DNA of 64,000 bases from an uncultured Gammaproteobacteria bacterium (GTDB lineage Bacteria > Patescibacteriota > Patescibacteriia > UBA11705 > JABHMO01). The DNA lies in NCBI GenBank assembly GCA_964590105.1, contig CAZPYM010000001.1, positions 302,172-366,171 of the forward strand. Reading direction: 5' to 3'. Below the pieces are notes generated by a model, which had not been told where the DNA came from, searched no databases, and saw only the letters and a program-made list of their open reading frames with translations. The translations under genes and the position numbers were made by a program. This document shows, in pieces, positions 39,284 through 48,102 of this stretch. Numbering within the stretch: the first letter of the stretch is position 1; every line of letters starts with the position of its first letter.

Positions 39284-40549
39284 CTATCCTTTCTGTAGCG
39301 CCAGCCCCACTGCCACTGCAAACCTGGGCATCCTACCATAAGGCATCTCAATTCCGGTAATCGTTCCGTCAGCGTTTCTCAGCTTGGCGAAACAATCTCC
39401 AGTCAAGAGCTTGGATTCTGGAAATCTTTCTTCCAATGCCGGCCTGATTCCAAGCATGTTTGATCCGCCACCAAACAAGTAGATTGAATCAATCTCTTCA
39501 CCGGCTGAAACAGCTTTGAAAAATTCAATTGATCGTTGGATTTCAGTGACCAGCATCTTGGCCGCGTTCATGGTCAACTCTTCCACCTTGCGCGCCGTAA
39601 TATTGGAATCAATACCTGTGGGATTACTCTGCAATTGCTCGGCTTCGCTATAACTGACAGCAAACTGACGCTGGATGTCTTCCGTAAGAAAACCGCTCCC
39701 CATCGAAATATCTCTGATGAAAACAAGCTTTCCCCGAGTCGCAATCGCAATATTGATCATGCAAGCGCCAATATCAACAACTGCAACAGTTTTGTCAGAG
39801 GGCAAACCATACAGGGAATCAACCATGTTCAGCACAGCGTAGGATTCCACATTGGCCAAACGTGGCCTGAGTCCGGCATCAACCAAACATTGAATATAGT
39901 CATTAACAAGGTCTTTTTTGGCCGCCGTGAGCAGCACGTCCATCTGGCCGCTTCCCGCGTTCGGATCAATAACCTCGGAGTCAATATATACTTCCCTGAT
40001 ATCAAAAGGGATATACTGCTCCGCTTCCCAAGAAATCGAGTCAGCGAGTTCCCCTGCGCTCATTTGCGGCAAGCTGATGATTTTTGAAATTACACTGTGA
40101 CCGGAAACGCCAAAGGCAACTTTTCTGCCTTTGATCCCAGACCGCTCGACCAAGCGAACCAAAGCTTCGCCCAAAGCATCCATATTCATAATTGCGCCAT
40201 CAACAATCACCTCCGGCGCGAGTTCTTCAAAATCAGTTTTTTTCAAAACCAATTTACCGGCAACTTCTGCCAGCTGAACAAGTTTGATGCCAGATGTGCC
40301 GAAATCGATTGCCACTAGCAGCTGCCGACTTTTGCCAAATAGCCCAAAAAGCCAGACCAGCGGCAGGAGCAAAAGCCACAATATTAGTTTGAATGGCTTG
40401 GACAAATCCCGCGTTTGAATAATAATTGACGGCCGCCATCGGCCGATCACAAGTCCGATTTCAAATCCCCGGCAATGGTCACTACGGCTGTAATTTTGTT
40501 TTTTTCTTTTTTTTGTCTGCGTTTCCCGCAGAAGATTGCATCCCAACAT
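39284..40549 (-). CDS. pilM: type IV pilus assembly protein PilM (actin-like), orphan, with N-terminal TM extension
   Basis: IDFGTSGIK, IVDGAI, WEAEQYIPFD, MDVLLTAAKK, DIGA, EIQRSIEFF, AVAVGLAL; start ATG 40549 with SD GGAGGT. Confidence 0.88.
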   Translation of the reverse strand: MLGCNLLRETQTKKRKKQNYSRSDHCRGFEIGLVIGRWRPSIIIQTRDLSKPFKLILWLLLLPLVWLFGLFGKSRQLLVAIDFGTSGIKLVQLAEVAGKLVLKKTDFEELAPEVIVDGAIMNMDALGEALVRLVERSGIKGRKVAFGVSGHSVISKIISLPQMSAGELADSISWEAEQYIPFDIREVYIDSEVIDPNAGSGQMDVLLTAAKKDLVNDYIQCLVDAGLRPRLANVESYAVLNMVDSLYGLPSDKTVAVVDIGACMINIAIATRGKLVFIRDISMGSGFLTEDIQRQFAVSYSEAEQLQSNPTGIDSNITARKVEELTMNAAKMLVTEIQRSIEFFKAVSAGEEIDSIYLFGGGSNMLGIRPALEERFPESKLLTGDCFAKLRNADGTITGIEMPYGRMPRFAVAVGLALQKG

Positions 40550-40592
40550 GTGCCACCTCCATATGGCTTTGTGAACGAACACTCGATATTAG

Positions 40593-41155
40593 ATATTATA
40601 TGTTTTTATTAAAAATGTCAACAATGCTTAATCTATTAATAAAAACAGCTGCGCGTGTCACAGCTGTCTTATTATTTATGCTTTTACCGATTGATCAACG
40701 ACTGGTGATTGCTTTGCCTTATCCCAGCGAATTTTCAATGTGGTTGCGACAAAACTTCGCATTTCTTCAACCACTAGCTCTTCACAAGCCAATATTTCCG
40801 CAAACACGAAAACTTCGCTCAACGTCATTCCCAATAAATCCGCCAATTGAGTACAGAATCGAATACTTGACTGGCTCTTGCCTTTTTCCAGCTTGCATAA
40901 AAAGCTAGCGCCATAACTCTCCGATCCCTGCAACGACAAAGCAAGGGCCAATTCTGTCTGAGTTAGGTCAAGGGAATCTCTCAATAGACGTATAAACCGT
41001 CCCAATCCCAGAGGGAATCGCCTGTTAACTTCTGGTGCCACAATAATCATTTTGCCCTCCTAATTTTCGTCCTCCGCTCAGAAATTACTGTCAAATCACA
41101 AAAATCAAAATCAATGTCATCTTGAAATGTTATATGTTTTCATTGAAAATGTCAA
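40593..41155 (-). promoter_or_regulatory. duplicated 29-bp promoter (40593-40621 and 41127-41155)
   Basis: TTGACA-N17-TAATAT and TTGACA-N17-TAACAT, 26/29 identical. Confidence 0.7.
40676..41050 (-). CDS. XRE-family helix-turn-helix protein
   Basis: LGRFIRLLR..LDLTQTELA...LCKLEKG...LADLLG; SD AGGAGG. Confidence 0.8.
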   Translation of the reverse strand: MIIVAPEVNRRFPLGLGRFIRLLRDSLDLTQTELALALSLQGSESYGASFLCKLEKGKSQSSIRFCTQLADLLGMTLSEVFVFAEILACEELVVEEMRSFVATTLKIRWDKAKQSPVVDQSVKA

Positions 41156-41214
41156 TGGAAGACGGAAAGGGGCTGAGTAGTGAGGAAAGGGTCTGTGTCC
41201 GCACATTGGCTCCC

Positions 41215-42039
41215 CTATTTATAATAAACCTTTTCCCCGAACCGCAGATCAATATATTTCATTTGCTCAAGATTGTTTTTTATTTCTTCCTGGTTCAAGA
41301 GCGTGTCCAGCCTGGCAACTTGCTCAGACACCGCCAGAGTGGAATTAAAACGCAGGAGTATCCCCTGTTTGGTGATGAGATCCAAAACATTTTCCGTTTT
41401 TTCAATTTGAATAAGATCCAATTTTCTCTCGGTTATTTTTTTTGTCTGCGAATATAAACCCACAATATATTGTAACTCCTTATTTTCAATAGCGCTCTCC
41501 CCTATTTTAATTTCTTGGTTTTGCAAATCATTGATCGTTAAATATCCGTTATTCTCTTCGCAGTATTCAATCGCAAGGCCGGTCAAGTCCAAATGATAAC
41601 AAAGATTATTCGCCAGCCAATTGATGGCGGATTCTTTTTCTTTAAGCGTGATTAAAATTATATTCGGCAATTTTTTCTTAATTGTAAATTCTTCAAAATA
41701 ATAGTGTTCGAAAATTATTGTTTTCAGTTTATTCTTATTAAACAACCAAAAATTATTACGATTAAAAACATAATAATCGCGGCCAAATCGGTAGTCGTCA
41801 ATAAAACGATTAATATTTTCTGATTTTACTTTTTCCAATCCCGACACTTCAACACGCTCAATCCAAAACAATGGCGAATAGAGGAAAAAATATATAAGGC
41901 CACCGACAACAATTAAAATAATTGCAATCAAGAAATTTTTTATTCTTTTTTTGCGATTTTCTTTGTCGCGAATCAAACGCGGATTTTGGTAATCCATGTT
42001 TTTGTAATCGCGCTGATATTTGGGGCTAATTTTTGGCAT
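41215..42039 (-). CDS. ftsQ: FtsQ/DivIB-type POTRA cell division protein
   Basis: N-terminal TM, LFWIERVEVSG, KKKLPN.I.I.LKE, C-terminal YIDLRFGEKVYYK. Confidence 0.8.
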   Translation of the reverse strand: MPKISPKYQRDYKNMDYQNPRLIRDKENRKKRIKNFLIAIILIVVGGLIYFFLYSPLFWIERVEVSGLEKVKSENINRFIDDYRFGRDYYVFNRNNFWLFNKNKLKTIIFEHYYFEEFTIKKKLPNIILITLKEKESAINWLANNLCYHLDLTGLAIEYCEENNGYLTINDLQNQEIKIGESAIENKELQYIVGLYSQTKKITERKLDLIQIEKTENVLDLITKQGILLRFNSTLAVSEQVARLDTLLNQEEIKNNLEQMKYIDLRFGEKVYYK

Positions 42040-42064
42040 AAGAGAAGAAGCATGAATCATTAAA

Positions 42065-43210
42065 CTATAACGATTTCACAATGCGTTTGAGAAGCGGGTT
42101 TATTCTCGTTACTATTTCATAGTTAATCGTCCCAATCTTTCTGGCGATTTCTTCAGCAGTAATTTGTTCTTGCCCTTGTTTGCCAATTAGTACAACCTCG
42201 TCTTCCAGTTTAATTTCCAAAATATGATTAATTTCAACGATAATCATATTCATACACACGCGACCGAGTACGCGGCAACGCTCGCCGGCGATTAAAACAT
42301 TTCCAACGCAGGACAATCCCCTATCAAGACCGTCCCAGTAGCCGACTGGCAAAATGGCGACTTTTGTTTGTAAATTTACTTTTTCCGTACAGCCATAACT
42401 GATCGGAGTTCCCGCCGGCAAAGTTTTCAAATGCGCCACTCTGGTTTTCCAGGTCAAAGCCGGCCGCAAATCCAGCTCAATCCCCTTTTGTTTGGAGCTG
42501 ATCAAGGTTTCGGGCGACGACCACAGTCCATACAAGCTGATGCCGATACGAACAAGATCAAAATATGTTTCCGGAAATAAAATTGCCGCCGCGCTGCAGG
42601 CTGTGTGTTTAATAAAATACTTAAATCCGTTTCGCTCAATAAATTCAACAGCCGCTTTGAAACTTTCCAACTGTTTTATTGCGTACGAATGATCAGTCGT
42701 GTCTTCAATATTAGCAAAATGAGTTGAAGCTCCAGCCAGCTTGAGCCAGGTATTTGCTTTGATGTAATCAAGATATTTCGGCAAATCGGCCGGCCAGATT
42801 CCCTGGCGCGATGTTCCGGTTTCTATTTTCAAATGAATAAATACCGGCGTTTGCTTTTGCTCGCAAATTGTTTTTAATTTTTCCAGGGTTTCAAAGTTTG
42901 CAATAACCTGATGGAATCCGTTTTCCACAACTTCCAAGAGCCTGTCAAACAATGTATAACCCAAAATCAAAATCAGTTTTCCCTCTGTCCCCAATATTTC
43001 CCTTGCCGACAATGCTTCATCAACCGAATCCACCGCCAGCCAATCAACATGGTCCTTGATCACGCCAACAACCTCCTTGAGTCCATGCCCATATGCGTTT
43101 GACTTTACCACCCCGCAAAGCGCTACGCGCTCCCCTATCCGCTGGCGAAACTGCGCAATATTGTATAATAAATTAGCTCTGGAAATTTCAACCCAAGTTC
43201 GATACTTCAT
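42065..43210 (-). CDS. alr: alanine racemase
   Basis: VVKSNAYGHG, HLKIETG..RQG, ISYG, GRVCMN, GTINYE. Confidence 0.95.
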   Translation of the reverse strand: MKYRTWVEISRANLLYNIAQFRQRIGERVALCGVVKSNAYGHGLKEVVGVIKDHVDWLAVDSVDEALSAREILGTEGKLILILGYTLFDRLLEVVENGFHQVIANFETLEKLKTICEQKQTPVFIHLKIETGTSRQGIWPADLPKYLDYIKANTWLKLAGASTHFANIEDTTDHSYAIKQLESFKAAVEFIERNGFKYFIKHTACSAAAILFPETYFDLVRIGISLYGLWSSPETLISSKQKGIELDLRPALTWKTRVAHLKTLPAGTPISYGCTEKVNLQTKVAILPVGYWDGLDRGLSCVGNVLIAGERCRVLGRVCMNMIIVEINHILEIKLEDEVVLIGKQGQEQITAEEIARKIGTINYEIVTRINPLLKRIVKSL

Positions 43211-43278
43211 ATAAACACATTTTACTATAAAACAGGCTAAATATCAAAAAGCGCTGAACAATGTCAGCGCCATATAAT

Positions 43279-43500
43279 TCAATGTTCGTCCGTAACAACC
43301 TCAAACCACTTTCTAAATAACAACCATCGCCGAAGATGAAACCTTTTCCCGCATTTCTTGCACACAGGGTCTGTCCACATCGGCATGCATCCGCCGTAGC
43401 ATCTTCTCACAACTTCGCCACCACAAAAGGGACAGTTACGAAGATTTCCATCCTTCCCAACCAGCCTTTTGAACGAAACCCATACTTGTCCTTTCGACAT
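43279..43500 (-). CDS. small Zn-ribbon orphan protein (cassette)
   Basis: CPFCGG...CKKCG; SD AGGAGGT; own TTGACA box and hairpin GCGCTGA...TCAGCGC. Confidence 0.7.
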   Translation of the reverse strand: MSKGQVWVSFKRLVGKDGNLRNCPFCGGEVVRRCYGGCMPMWTDPVCKKCGKRFHLRRWLLFRKWFEVVTDEH

Positions 43501-43662
43501 TCAGCACCTCCTATGTGACAATGAACTATCATAATTTTTTATCATAAATATTCACATCTGTCAAGTACGACTAAATTCAAATAACAAAACAGGAATTCAA
43601 ATACTGAATCCCTGTTTAATCGCTTAGTTTTAATTTTTCTACTTTACCGCAGATTCACTTTT

Positions 43663-44946
43663 TCACGCCTCTTCACGCTTTTGCTCAATAACCTGCTGAT
43701 TGTCCATATACGGCTGAAGTATTTCCGGAATCTTGATTGAGCCATCCGCCTGCTGATTTATTTCCAACAATGGAATCAAAATTCTTGGCGTGGCCACCAC
43801 AGTATTATTCAAGGTATGGCAAAATTGAATCTTTCCGTCGTGGTCTTTGTAACGAAGATTTAACCGGCGCGCCTGAAAATCAAGCAAAGCTGAAGCGCTG
43901 TGAGTCTCGCCGTAGTTTTCACGACTAGGCATCCAGGTTTCAAGATCATTCATATAATATTTTCCCTGCCCCATATCGCCGGTGCAGATATTTAAAACTC
44001 GGAAAGGAAGTTGTAGACTGCGCAAAAATTCTTTTGAATTGCCAAGCAGTTCCTCGTGCATATTCATACTTTCTTCAATGCTATTTTTGCAAATTATAAA
44101 TTGTTCAATCTTTAAAAACTGATGGACGCGATACAGGCCGCGCGTGTCTTTGCCATAAGCGCCGGCTTCGCGGCGAAAGCAGACAGAAAACCCGGCCATG
44201 CGAATCGGCAAATCTTTTTCATCCAGAATTTCATCGGCATGATACGCGCCGAGCGCTACTTCAGAAGTACCAACCAGATATTTATTATCTTTTTCCAAAT
44301 GATACGTTTCTTCTTCCGCGCCAGGGAAAAATCCTGTGCCAAATAGCGCGAACTCATTGACAATTACAGGGACACTCATTAGCGTATATCCTTTGCGACA
44401 AATGAAATCTTCAGCGTATTTAATAACTGCCGCTTCCAGTCTGGCGCCATCGCCTTTTAAAAGATATGACCTGGTGCCGCCAATCTTGGCCGCTCGCTCC
44501 AAATCAATAATATCGAGCTCATTGCCAAGCTGAATATGATCTTTCGGCGGGAACTTGAATCTTGGCGGCTCGCCCACTCGCTCAATTTCAAGATTACCGC
44601 TCTCATCCGCGCCGACAGGCGTGCTTTCATGCACGTACATTGGCACTTTTAACATTAGGGTTTGCAATTCTTCCATCAAAGGTTTTAACTTTTCTTCCAG
44701 TTCATTTTGCAGACCGTCAACTTCTTTCATTTCCCGTAGCGCCGCAGATTTTTCAGACTCCATCATTTCCGGAATCTGTTTGCTGACCTGATTTTTTTTG
44801 CCGCGAAGGTCTTCTACCTTTTGATTTAACTTCCGGCGATCATCATCAAGTTTTATCAATTTACTAATATCAACATCAAGGTTTTTGTGCCGCGCCACCG
44901 TTTTGAGCGTTTCCGCATTTTCACGGATAAATTTTATATCAAGCAT
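43663..44946 (-). CDS. serS: serine--tRNA ligase
   Basis: MLDIKFIR, GTSE, CFRREAG, GLYRVHQF, HTLNNT. Confidence 0.97.
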   Translation of the reverse strand: MLDIKFIRENAETLKTVARHKNLDVDISKLIKLDDDRRKLNQKVEDLRGKKNQVSKQIPEMMESEKSAALREMKEVDGLQNELEEKLKPLMEELQTLMLKVPMYVHESTPVGADESGNLEIERVGEPPRFKFPPKDHIQLGNELDIIDLERAAKIGGTRSYLLKGDGARLEAAVIKYAEDFICRKGYTLMSVPVIVNEFALFGTGFFPGAEEETYHLEKDNKYLVGTSEVALGAYHADEILDEKDLPIRMAGFSVCFRREAGAYGKDTRGLYRVHQFLKIEQFIICKNSIEESMNMHEELLGNSKEFLRSLQLPFRVLNICTGDMGQGKYYMNDLETWMPSRENYGETHSASALLDFQARRLNLRYKDHDGKIQFCHTLNNTVVATPRILIPLLEINQQADGSIKIPEILQPYMDNQQVIEQKREEA

Positions 44947-45086
44947 ATTGTTGTAGGTTGAAAGATAAAAAGTTTATAAAGTTATAAAACGAAAAAAATT
45001 ATTCAAACAAAAAGTAATCCCCGAGGGGAAATATTCCAATTTGTTTTTCTCAGTTCTTTTTTCATAACTTTATTTTAACATCTCGA

Positions 45087-46559
45087 TTACTTTTGCTGAG
45101 ATTTCATCAGCGGAAAAAATACTACGTCCCGTAAGTTTTCCTGCTCAGTCAAAATCGTCAGGATCCGGTCAATACCCATGCCCCAACCGGAAATCGGCGG
45201 CATGCCGTATTTCATAGATTCGACAAACTCCGGATCACCTTCCATTGCCTCCTCATCGCCGGCCTTTTTCAACTTAGCCTGCTGTGAAAATCTTTTTTCC
45301 TGGTCAAGCGGGTCAACCAGCTCTGAATAAGCTTTGACAATTTCCCAGCCATTGACAACCAGCTGAAACTGATCAACAATTTCCGGATCCTTGTTGTTAC
45401 GACGCGCCAGCGGCTGAAGGTCGATCGGATAATGATACAAAAACACAGGATCAATAATTTTTGGGCGCGAGACTTTTTTATATAAATTATCAATCAGAGT
45501 CGCAAGTCCCATATTCTCCATGTCTTCAATTTGAATTTTTTTCTTTTTTAAATCTTTAACCAAGTCCTTTGGGTTGTTGTATTTTGAAACATCAAGTCCG
45601 CAATCTTTTTCAAGAAGCTGAATGTAGTCAATCCTTTTCCATGGTGTTTTGAAATTTACTTCACGAACTTTTCCGTCTTTACCGGTAACTTTTAATTCTT
45701 TGGGGATATTTAACTTATCAAAAACAAAATCAAACATTTTTTCTGTGAAAGCGATATTGTCTTCAAAATTCCAATACGCGCAGTAATGTTCCAAATGCGT
45801 ATGCTCCGGTAAATGAGACGGATCAATGCCTTCGTTACGAAAAGCTTTACCAATTTCAAAAATCTTATCAAAACCGCCGATGATTAATTGTTTCAAAGGA
45901 AGCTCATGCGAAATCCGCAGATAAACATCAATATCAAGTCCATTATTGTGCGTAATATACGGCTTGGCATGGGCGCCAGTGGCGCTGTGCAACAATGTCG
46001 GAGTTTCCACCTCAATAAATTCTTCTTGCCAATAAAATTCCCGCAAGGCTTTTATAAATTCACTGCGCAATTTAAAACGCTCCATTGTTTCAGGATTGGA
46101 AATTAAATCCAGATAGCGCTGACGATATTTTGCTTCCGTGTCTTTTAGCCCATGCCATTTTTCCGGCAGAGGTTTCAAAGCTTTGCCAAGAAAAGTCCAT
46201 TTGTTAACTAAGATTGTAATTTCGCCTTTGTGGGTCTGAAAAATTTCTCCCTCTACTCCCAAAAAATCACCAAGATCAATGATTTTTTGTAGCTGCTGAT
46301 AATTTTCTTTGCCCAGATCATCTTGCTTGAAAGCGATCTGCATCCGGCCGGAAAAATCCTGCAAGTGCGCAAAGGTCAGTTTGCCCATATCGCGGAACAT
46401 AACTAAACGGCCGGCGGTTTTTACTTTTTTGCCGACTTTTGAATTAAAACATTCGGTCAATGTTTGTTTCTTATCAAACTTTTCCGGATATGGCTCAAGT
46501 CCCATTGAGCTTATTTTTTCTAATTTTTGAAGTCGCACTTGTTCTTCGTTTTGTTCCAT
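45087..46559 (-). CDS. lysS: lysine--tRNA ligase (class II)
   Basis: YRQRYLDL, EVETP, FRNEG, YGMPP..G.GMGIDR. Confidence 0.96.
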   Translation of the reverse strand: MEQNEEQVRLQKLEKISSMGLEPYPEKFDKKQTLTECFNSKVGKKVKTAGRLVMFRDMGKLTFAHLQDFSGRMQIAFKQDDLGKENYQQLQKIIDLGDFLGVEGEIFQTHKGEITILVNKWTFLGKALKPLPEKWHGLKDTEAKYRQRYLDLISNPETMERFKLRSEFIKALREFYWQEEFIEVETPTLLHSATGAHAKPYITHNNGLDIDVYLRISHELPLKQLIIGGFDKIFEIGKAFRNEGIDPSHLPEHTHLEHYCAYWNFEDNIAFTEKMFDFVFDKLNIPKELKVTGKDGKVREVNFKTPWKRIDYIQLLEKDCGLDVSKYNNPKDLVKDLKKKKIQIEDMENMGLATLIDNLYKKVSRPKIIDPVFLYHYPIDLQPLARRNNKDPEIVDQFQLVVNGWEIVKAYSELVDPLDQEKRFSQQAKLKKAGDEEAMEGDPEFVESMKYGMPPISGWGMGIDRILTILTEQENLRDVVFFPLMKSQQK

Positions 46560-46639
46560 ATGAATATTTTCTACTCCGCTTCCAGTGGGCTCACCTTCCT
46601 ATACGGTTGAGCTGACTTGAAGTCAGGCGGAAATTTTAT

Positions 46640-47218
46640 TTATAAACCAATTTCTTCTGAAATCTCTTTCATCGCATTCAGTGATGTTTCTATAAATTCA
46701 TCTAAACTTAATCCCAGCTTTTCACATTCCATTATAACATCCCGATTAACTTTCGCCGCAAATGACTTATCTTTCATTTTCTTTTTTATTGAACTAACCT
46801 TGACTTCTGTAAGTTTCTTGTCCGGACGAACCAAGGCGCTGGCATAGATTAAACCAGTAATAGTTTCCGCTGAAGCAAGCGCATGCTCAAATCTAGTAGC
46901 TCGTTTATTTTCCGGTAAATGTCTGGTAAAACCGCCAACATGAGAGACAATAACTCTGATTAATTCGTCAGAAACCCCTTCATTCTTCAAAACTTCCTGC
47001 ATTTTTATTCCATGCTGTTCAACATCATCAAGCACTAATTCCCAGTCAATATCATGAAGCAAGCCGGCAATCGCCCAGAGTTCTTCGTTTTCACCCAAAT
47101 GCCTGGCCAAAGCTCGCATGATAACCTCAGATTCCCGGCAATGATTTACATTAGCAGGGTCTTTGATATATTTGTGAAGAATTTCACGAGCTTGGTCAAT
47201 TGTTATATCTGCGTTCAT
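46640..47218 (-). CDS. HDIG-domain metal-dependent phosphohydrolase
   Basis: H...E.IM..LA, GLLHDID, TGLI.A.ALVRP, KKKMKDKSFAAKVNR. Confidence 0.85.
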   Translation of the reverse strand: MNADITIDQAREILHKYIKDPANVNHCRESEVIMRALARHLGENEELWAIAGLLHDIDWELVLDDVEQHGIKMQEVLKNEGVSDELIRVIVSHVGGFTRHLPENKRATRFEHALASAETITGLIYASALVRPDKKLTEVKVSSIKKKMKDKSFAAKVNRDVIMECEKLGLSLDEFIETSLNAMKEISEEIGL

Positions 47219-47437
47219 ATAGGGGAAGTATATCTTAAATAACAAAATTTTGCAAAAATTAAAAAATTGCATTTCTAAATCGGAGATAGCTTCATCCCAC
47301 AAATCAAAAGCCGGCGACCTGTAGCTCAAATAAAAAATTCCCACTATCGTGACGGATGGCATGTAGTGTTTATTTATGAATAATTTTCTTTCGCAACAAA
47401 AAAATGATCCGGCAGACCATCTCTTTGTAAAACTTAA

Positions 47438-47902
47438 TTATTTGATTTCCAAAACCTTAAAAACAATAGTGCCACGCGGAGCTTCGACCGCTACTGTGTC
47501 GCCTTTTCTTTTGCCGAGAAAAGCTTGCCCCATCGGCGACTCATTTGAGATCTTACCGGCCAAAGGATCTGCTTCATTAAAACCGACCAGCTCTAATTCT
47601 TTTTTTTCATTGGCCTGATTTTCCACAGTGAATTTAGCGCCGATTGAAATTGACTCATTTGATCCCGCTCCACAGCTGATAACCGCCTTTTTTAAAACTT
47701 CCTCAATCTCATTTACCCGAGCTTCCATTAGTCCTTGCTGATCCTTGGCGTCATGATATTCAGCATTTTCCGACAAATCCCCCATTTCCTTGGCTTGTTC
47801 GATTTTTGAAATAATATCAGGACGACGCACTTCTTTTAATTCTTTCAGCTCTGCTTCCAGTTTTCTTTTTCCTTCTTCGGTGAGAATAATTTGATTAGAC
47901 AT
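47438..47902 (-). CDS. greA: transcription elongation factor GreA
   Basis: LTEEG, GDLSENAEY, ISNESPMG. Confidence 0.96.
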   Translation of the reverse strand: MSNQIILTEEGKRKLEAELKELKEVRRPDIISKIEQAKEMGDLSENAEYHDAKDQQGLMEARVNEIEEVLKKAVISCGAGSNESISIGAKFTVENQANEKKELELVGFNEADPLAGKISNESPMGQAFLGKRKGDTVAVEAPRGTIVFKVLEIK

Positions 47903-47913
47903 AAAGATTAGTA

Positions 47914-47938
47914 AGTAGTGAGTAGTGAGTAGTGAGTA
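47914..47938. repeat. 7-mer tandem repeat (AGTAGTG)x3.5 in the greA leader
   Basis: AGTAGTGAGTAGTGAGTAGTGAGTA. Confidence 0.8.
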
Positions 47939-48102
47939 ATAACCGCGCACCCACTCTTTCTAAATAAATACAGGTCATTTGGACCTGATAAAAATTTGCA
48001 GTTAATTATATTAAAGTTATAATACTTTTTTATTAGAATGTCAACTTATCCACAAGCCGCTGTGCGGAAAAACAAGGATCAAAAATAAAACAACAGCCCC
48101 TC

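Noticed and set aside
37614-41155. Integron (tyrosine recombinase plus cassettes)
   Set aside because: The recombinase looks like a plain XerC/D without the IntI insertion. No attC-like repeats were found, and the cassettes carry their own promoters and are dispersed.
48046-48054. oriC (perfect DnaA box TTATCCACA)
   Set aside because: Isolated box, with no cluster and no dnaA/dnaN nearby.
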